Origin: an uncultured virus (IMG/VR IMGVR_UViG_2061766007_002098)
Taxonomy: Duplodnaviria > Heunggongvirae > Uroviricota > Caudoviricetes
Reading direction: 5' to 3' (one strand)
DNA length: 13,044 nt
Virus record (IMG/VR): IMGVR_UViG_2061766007_002098
Notes under the pieces: model-generated
The model's input: only the letters and a program-made list of their open reading frames with translations
What the model was told of the DNA's origin: nothing
The model's database searches: none
Shown: in pieces, positions 7,741 to 13,044 of the stretch
How positions within the stretch are numbered: position 1 is the first letter of the stretch
Layout of the letters: every line of letters starts with the position of its first letter
Translations under genes and position numbers: made by a program

Positions 7741-8199
7741 GTGAGCGACCTTGCTTTACATCGCAGAGAAGATGGCTGTTTCGACCTCGCTTTCAGCGAG
7801 GCCGACCACGACTTGCTTACTACGGACAGCCTCGAAAACGTTGTCATCATATCCATCGGCACCTATGCACGCGAACGCAACCTTGACAAGGTGGCGAACC
7901 TTTCTCCCGTTGTAGGTGGTTGGTGGGGTGACGCTCTCGATGAAAAGGGAACTCTTGGCGGATACATCTACGAGGCCTTTCCCGGAAAACTTACCGATGA
8001 CACTGCCCGCCAGGTCGAGACGCTTGTCGTCGAAGCTCTTTCGTGGATGGTCAAGGACGGCGTGGCGAAATCTGTAAAGTGCAGCGCAGAAATCGTCGAT
8101 AAGGAAACGATGTCGATTAAAATCACGATAGAACGGCCAGACAGCGAAAACGTCGCGCTGCTTTACGAAATCAAGTGGAAGGCTACAGATGGAATTTAA
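7741..8199 (+). CDS. Baseplate wedge protein (Mu gp46-like)
   Basis: Contains L...VIISI.T..R, the hallmark GWWGD and EAL.W...DGVA. It lies between the spike and baseplate J genes. Confidence 0.9.
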   Translation: MSDLALHRREDGCFDLAFSEADHDLLTTDSLENVVIISIGTYARERNLDKVANLSPVVGGWWGDALDEKGTLGGYIYEAFPGKLTDDTARQVETLVVEALSWMVKDGVAKSVKCSAEIVDKETMSIKITIERPDSENVALLYEIKWKATDGI

Positions 8200-9349
8200 A
8201 AGTTTGCAGGACCTTGTCCGTATTGTCGAGAATGCGATGGCCGTCCAGTTTTACGGCCAGTCCAGCACGCTGCGAAAAGGCGTGCTGAAGGTTCTTGCGC
8301 ACGTGCTGGGCGCGATGCTCTACATGATGACCTTGATTGCGAAAAGAATCTGGAAAAACAGGTTCGTTTCGACGTGTGACGCGTCGGCCCTTGACGGGTT
8401 CGGTGCGGAATACGGCATCCCGCACAAGGCTCCCGTGTGCGCGTCCGGAAAAGCCAAAGTGACTCTTACCGACGGCACGGAATCTGTCGAGATTGAGCAG
8501 GGAACGGCGCTTATCGACCCGGTAACGAAAAAGGAATACGAAGTAATAACGACCACTACCGTGTCGGCTTCGAACCTGTTTGTTCCGGTCGCCGCGATAC
8601 ATTATGGTGCTGATTCCGATGTGTCCGCCGGTGCGGTCCTTGAATTCCGCGACTCCGATGTGGAGGGCGTGGAGTCTATCGAGTCTGCCGGTATTGTCGG
8701 CGGTAAACTGGAAGGCGTAGAAGTCGATGGCGAAGTTCAGGTGTGGGGCGAACTTGCGGAAGAATACCGCGCAAGGCTTATCAACCGCATCCAGAATCCT
8801 CCGCATGGCGGTGCCGCGAACGACTACTGGCAATGGGCTATGAGCTTTACGTATGTAAGCGACGCGTATGTTTTCGCGAACACTCCGAACTCGAACTCCG
8901 TTACGATTGCGCTTGCGAACTATTCCGCGAATGACTTGAGTGTGAGTGTCGACCAGGTTGCTGAAGTTTCTGACTATATAAACGACGACTCGCGCAGGCC
9001 GATTACTGCGGACGTTCGTGTGCTTGGCGTTACGGCCGTAAATGTTGGAATATCTGCACGCCTTGACCCGATGAACGAGTCGGTAAAGGAAAGCGTGATT
9101 TCGTCTATCAAGCAGTATCTGCGCGGAATTGGCCCTGGGAAAACAGTTGACCTTGCGCAGATGTCCGTTGACATCCAGTCGAACTCGACGGCAAGTCGCT
9201 TCTCGATTACGTCCGCGACGAAAGACGGGTATTCCGTGACGTCACTTGAATTCGTCGTCGATACTTCCGATGCAGATCCGGAAAACTGGATTGCCGAAAT
9301 TGCGAAAATTGACGATGCAAATATTGTTCTTGAGAATTGGGGTGCCTAA
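8189..9349 (+). CDS. Baseplate J-like protein (Mu gp47-like)
   Basis: EEYRARL..RIQNPPHGGA.NDY.QWA and RPITADV.V are baseplate J-family motifs. 386 aa. Confidence 0.92.
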   Translation: MEFKSLQDLVRIVENAMAVQFYGQSSTLRKGVLKVLAHVLGAMLYMMTLIAKRIWKNRFVSTCDASALDGFGAEYGIPHKAPVCASGKAKVTLTDGTESVEIEQGTALIDPVTKKEYEVITTTTVSASNLFVPVAAIHYGADSDVSAGAVLEFRDSDVEGVESIESAGIVGGKLEGVEVDGEVQVWGELAEEYRARLINRIQNPPHGGAANDYWQWAMSFTYVSDAYVFANTPNSNSVTIALANYSANDLSVSVDQVAEVSDYINDDSRRPITADVRVLGVTAVNVGISARLDPMNESVKESVISSIKQYLRGIGPGKTVDLAQMSVDIQSNSTASRFSITSATKDGYSVTSLEFVVDTSDADPENWIAEIAKIDDANIVLENWGA

Positions 9350-9987
9350 TGGAAACTTGGCAACTTCCTAAAAGAACTGAAGCAGATTTTCGCCATGCGC
9401 AGCTTGGACTGATGCCGCGCGGTTTTGCGTGGTTCTTGGGGATTGCCGGAAACTGGTGGAAACTGTTTACCGCTTTTTCTATCGGTTTTTCTGCCGTCTA
9501 CCAGATGTTCTGCAACCTTGTCCGCGAAATGTCGCCATACACGACCACATCCTTGACTGATTGGGAACGTGAACTAGGGCTTCCGAAAAATGGGCTTGCG
9601 TTCGATGGTGATGCGTTGCGTAAGAGTGAAATCATCCGTATAGCCCGCAAGATGGGTGGCTGCAGCAAGGATTACATCAAGTCCATCGCTGAACTGTTCG
9701 GCCTTGACGTCGATGTCTTGGAATATTGGAAAGAAGATGAGCGGGACGCTTTTGACGGGGTTGACTTTGGCAGCCAGGACCCGAACTTTTTTGTAATCGT
9801 GCGGTCTGACATCGGCGTGATAAATCTTACCTATGCCAGGTGCAGTGGCGGCTACAGTGCCGAAGACGAACTTGCCTGCGACTGCAATTCGAGGCTGATG
9901 GACTTTGGCGATTCTAACTACGAGGCTGTGCTTACAAGCGTAAGTCCAGCACATGTAAAAATGCTTTTTGTCTATGGAGGTTCGTGA
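9349..9987 (+). CDS. Baseplate protein (Mu gp48 / YmfQ-like)
   Basis: 212 aa from ATG at 9349 (TAATG coupling). Contains L..LMPRG.AW, E..P.TT..L.DWER.LGLP, GG.S..Y...A...G and a C-terminal PAH. Confidence 0.9.
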   Translation: METWQLPKRTEADFRHAQLGLMPRGFAWFLGIAGNWWKLFTAFSIGFSAVYQMFCNLVREMSPYTTTSLTDWERELGLPKNGLAFDGDALRKSEIIRIARKMGGCSKDYIKSIAELFGLDVDVLEYWKEDERDAFDGVDFGSQDPNFFVIVRSDIGVINLTYARCSGGYSAEDELACDCNSRLMDFGDSNYEAVLTSVSPAHVKMLFVYGGS

Positions 9988-10152
9988 TGCAACGAATTTC
10001 GACTGAACCTGATGGAGTATTCAAGAACGGTGTTCCGGGTGTGCAGCGCGGGACGCAGTTCGATGCTGAATGGTGCAACGCCGTCCAGGAAGAGCTCTGT
10101 AATTTTNNNNNNNNNNGCATGTAAAAATGCTTTTTGTCTATGGAGGTTCGTG

Positions 10153-11193
10153 ATGCAGCGAATTTCAACTGAACCTGATGGAGTATTCAAGAACGGTGTT
10201 CCCGGTGTACAGCGCGGGACAAAGTTCGATGCTGAATGGTGCAACGCCGTCCAGGAAGAGCTCTGTAATTTTATCGAGTCTGCAGGACTGACTCTTGATG
10301 CGGATGACTCGGAGCAACTTTGGAAGGCGTTTGTTGCAATTCTTACCGGCTGCGGTATTGCTATTCGTAGTGATTATATCCTGCAAGTCGATGGTGCTGG
10401 AATATTGGTCGGCAACCCGAATCAATTCCCGACGAGCGGAATTACGCCGAATGGATTTGAAGTCAATAACAGTTCTGATGAAAGTGTCGGAATGCAAGCT
10501 GGCGACGGTTCTGTTTTCAGAATCTATATCAAGTCGGGGAATAACAGATCTGTCGAAGTTCGACCTGGATCTGTTGCGCTCAAGAATTGGCGAGCCGTTC
10601 AAGGCGGCGTCAATGTGAAAACTTTTTCGCTCAAAGTCAAGAGCGACTTGACTGGAATTGAAGTTGTCGATGAAGGTGGCAATAGAGGTCGAATCATTGC
10701 CGATATTGATGGCGATGTGAATGGTAGTGCAAACTCTGCTACGTACTATCCCAACGGTACGAATCCGAATACCGGATTGCCGGTGTATCAGGTGATCAAG
10801 CTGAAGTTTGATGCTGTCGAAGCGTCTCTTGCGACGAAGATCGCTTCGTCGACTGAAGCTGATGCGGCTGTCAGCGGAAAGACTAACATGGCATTTGCCG
10901 CGCTTCCGTTGACGATTGTGTGGTGGCCTTCTGACGGCTATTCTACAATATCTGATCTTGTTTCTGCGTATATCGGTTCGGAATATCTTAGTGCCAATAC
11001 TGGAAAGTCGGAATCGGGTGCTTTGAAAAATTCGTGCCGTGTTATTCATGTTGTCAATTACAACTCAGTTGAACGTACTTTGTCCGGATTCATGCATAAT
11101 AGCAGCGTGAATCCGACAAGTGACTCTAGGACAATCCCGCCCTGGGGAGTTCTTACGGTTGTTATGTACGGCTCTAACGCTTTTTGTGCATAA
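10153..11193 (+). CDS. Tail fibre protein (Mu gpS-type baseplate-attachment N-terminus), 346 aa
   Basis: MQRI...F.NG.P....GT...AEW.NAVQEEL...IE.AG.TLD.....QL..A is the conserved N-terminus of Mu-like fibres. SD GGAGG precedes it. An allelic duplicate of the start lies at 9987-10106, before the N gap. Confidence 0.8.
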   Translation: MQRISTEPDGVFKNGVPGVQRGTKFDAEWCNAVQEELCNFIESAGLTLDADDSEQLWKAFVAILTGCGIAIRSDYILQVDGAGILVGNPNQFPTSGITPNGFEVNNSSDESVGMQAGDGSVFRIYIKSGNNRSVEVRPGSVALKNWRAVQGGVNVKTFSLKVKSDLTGIEVVDEGGNRGRIIADIDGDVNGSANSATYYPNGTNPNTGLPVYQVIKLKFDAVEASLATKIASSTEADAAVSGKTNMAFAALPLTIVWWPSDGYSTISDLVSAYIGSEYLSANTGKSESGALKNSCRVIHVVNYNSVERTLSGFMHNSSVNPTSDSRTIPPWGVLTVVMYGSNAFCA

Positions 11194-11196
11194 ATT

Positions 11197-13044
11197 ATGA
11201 CCTACGACGAGCTTGTAAAGCAGCTTACGGCAGATCTCCAGGAAGCGGGTCAGAAGAATATCAGCCCGCCTTCCGGCATGAGTGATGCCGAGGCCCGCGA
11301 CTGGTCTATGGCCAACGTCGCCAAGGCGATAGCGAAGGCTATCCGCGACGGCCTCGTTTTCGACATCAAGGGTTCTGCGACCGTTGCCGAACTGAATGCC
11401 ATGCCGCTCGATCAGCGAACGGATGGTGACATCTGGGCTGTAAAGGACTCCGGACTACTCGTAAACCCGAACGGCGAACCGCTTGCCGTTACCGCTGGCG
11501 ACCTCGTGATGTGGGCTGGCGATACGTGGTCCAGGATTTTCCATTTGGATCTGACCGGATACGCAACCGTCGAGCAGCTGAATGCCGCTATCGCCGCGCT
11601 CGCGGCCGCAATAAACGACGCTGTTGCGACCGAGAAGGCTCAGCGCGAAGCCGCCGACGCTACCGAAAAGGCCCAACGCGAATCCGCTGATGCTGCTCTG
11701 CAGAATGCTATTAACACACATGCTGGCAGAACGGATAACCCGCACAATGTTACGGCAGGGCAGGTAGGTGCGTACACGAAGCAGGAGACGGAAGACCGCA
11801 TCAGCGACGCCATCTCGGGCGAGGTCGGCGGATGGCTCGGCAATCTCACGGTGGCCGAAGTGAATGCGCTCACGACGCACAAGAAGGGNNNNNNNNNNGG
11901 GGCAGGTAGGTGCGTACACGAAGCAGGAGACGGAAGACCGCATCAACGACGCGATTTCGGGCGAGGTCGGTGGCTGGCTGGGCAATCTCACGGTGGCCGA
12001 AGTGAATGCGCTCACGACGCACAAGAAGGGCGATAGTGCTACGCTCCTAGATGCCGGTACGGTCATGCCCGGCAACGTAATGGTTGACGTCGGCGACGAC
12101 ATCATGTGGGTTGACTCGCTCGGCGTGTGGCAGCCGAAGATTACGGACCACCTTCACCACGATGAAACCCTTGTGGGCACCGGAAGCGCGAACGANNNNN
12201 NNNNNNNNNNNNNNNNNNNNNNNNNNNNNNNNNNNNNNNNNNNNNNNNNNNNNNNNNNNNNNNNNNNNNNNNNNNNNNNNNNNNNNNNNNNNNNNNNNNN
12301 NNNNNNNNNNNNNNNNNNNNNNNNNNNNNNNNNNNNNNNNNNNNNNNNNNNNNNNNNNNNNNNNNNNNNNNNNNNNNNNNNNNNNNNNNNNNNNNNNNNN
12401 NNNNNNNNNNNNNNNNNNNNNNNNNNNNNNNNNNNNNNNNNNNNNNNNNNNNNNNNNNNNNNNNNNNNNNNNNNNNNNNNNNNNNNNNNNNNNNNNNNNN
12501 NNNNNNNNNNNNNNNNNNNNNNNNNNNNNNNNNNNNNNNNNNNNNNNNNNNNNNNNNNNNNNNNNNNNNNNNNNNNNNNNNNNNNNNNNNNNNNNNNNNN
12601 NNNNNTATTGCCGACGGAACGAACTCCAATTTAGCGACGAAAACGCAAGTTAAAGCCTACGTGGAATCCGTAATCAGTTCGGAAGGCCATTATAAGGGCG
12701 TACAGAGCGTCGCGACAATCAACACTTGGACGGCGTCCAACCTCCACAACGGCGACCGCGTTATTACGAGCAGCGACCCTGCTGGTTCCGGCACCGGAAC
12801 GCTGACGCTGGGCAACCTCCCCGTTGTAGACGGGCAGGAAGTCATCTTCTACGTGTCCGACGACCAGAGCGTGAAGATTTGGCAGAGCTCCGAAGGCAAC
12901 TACAAGATTAAGCAGGCGAGCAAGAGTGACCCGACCGCGAGCGGTACGACCATCGAGGCCATAGATTCCCTCACGCAGAATACGAACGGCGAGATTACCG
13001 CGACGAAGAAGACTATCCGCTCCGGCACCACGTCGCAGACAGGT
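11197..13044 (+). CDS. Large repeat-containing tail fibre / adhesin-like protein; gapped and runs off the window
   Basis: The frame 11197-11888 continues at 11899-12195 once the overlap is collapsed. After the 410-N gap, 12607-13044 is open (IADGTNSNLATKTQVKAYVES...YKIKQASKSDPTASG...). It contains a coiled coil, an H...NPH.VT..QVG fibre motif and three related modules. Continuity across the large gap is inferred. Confidence 0.65.
11626..11691 (+). repeat. Tandem 33-bp (11-aa) coding repeat
   Basis: ATEKAQREAAD / ATEKAQRESAD, diverged mainly at synonymous positions; hendecad coiled-coil spacing. Confidence 0.8.

Larger units (their letters stand above)
1..13044. mobile_element. Phage or prophage virion morphogenesis region (lambda-type head genes plus Mu-type contractile tail)
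   Basis: Every recognisable gene is a virion structural gene. No host genes, integrase, transposase or ends are visible. Confidence 0.9.

Noticed and set aside
1147..11049. Long antisense ORFs (1147-2073, 5996-6898, 6283-6927, 8183-8833, 10165-11049)
   Set aside because: They lie entirely opposite well-supported phage genes and show no recognisable motifs, so they are shadow ORFs.
11864..12653. ORF-track entries spanning the 410-N gap
   Set aside because: They are mostly X residues, and the frame across the gap is undefined.
649..13044. Headless tailocin, eCIS or T6SS-like system
   Set aside because: Portal and gpW-like genes carrying the same promoter motif are present, the order follows the Mu tail, and no eCIS ATPase or effector genes are seen.

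Overview
Structural-gene region of a contractile-tailed phage or prophage, taken from a fragmented, strain-mixed scaffold with seven 10-N gaps and one 410-N gap. Minus strand, 1-637: the 3' end of an unknown phage gene, then a lambda gpW-like head-tail joining gene and the 5' part of a lambda-family portal. Plus strand, 649-13044: a Mu-type tail operon in Mu order, comprising sheath, tube, tail assembly chaperone with a -1 frameshift extension, tape measure, DNA-circularization protein, baseplate hub, spike, gp46, baseplate J, gp48, a short tail fibre and a long repeat-containing fibre-like protein. The most notable non-coding signals are (i) a motif AAAAGATGTWYCWAAA found three times, each exactly 38 nt before a TAnnTT box and each ahead of an SD-less structural gene, which suggests an activator-dependent late promoter, and (ii) a perfectly paired four-way-junction, tRNA-like RNA fold between the tube and chaperone genes. 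The apparent tandem duplications at the N gaps are divergent alleles joined by the assembler.
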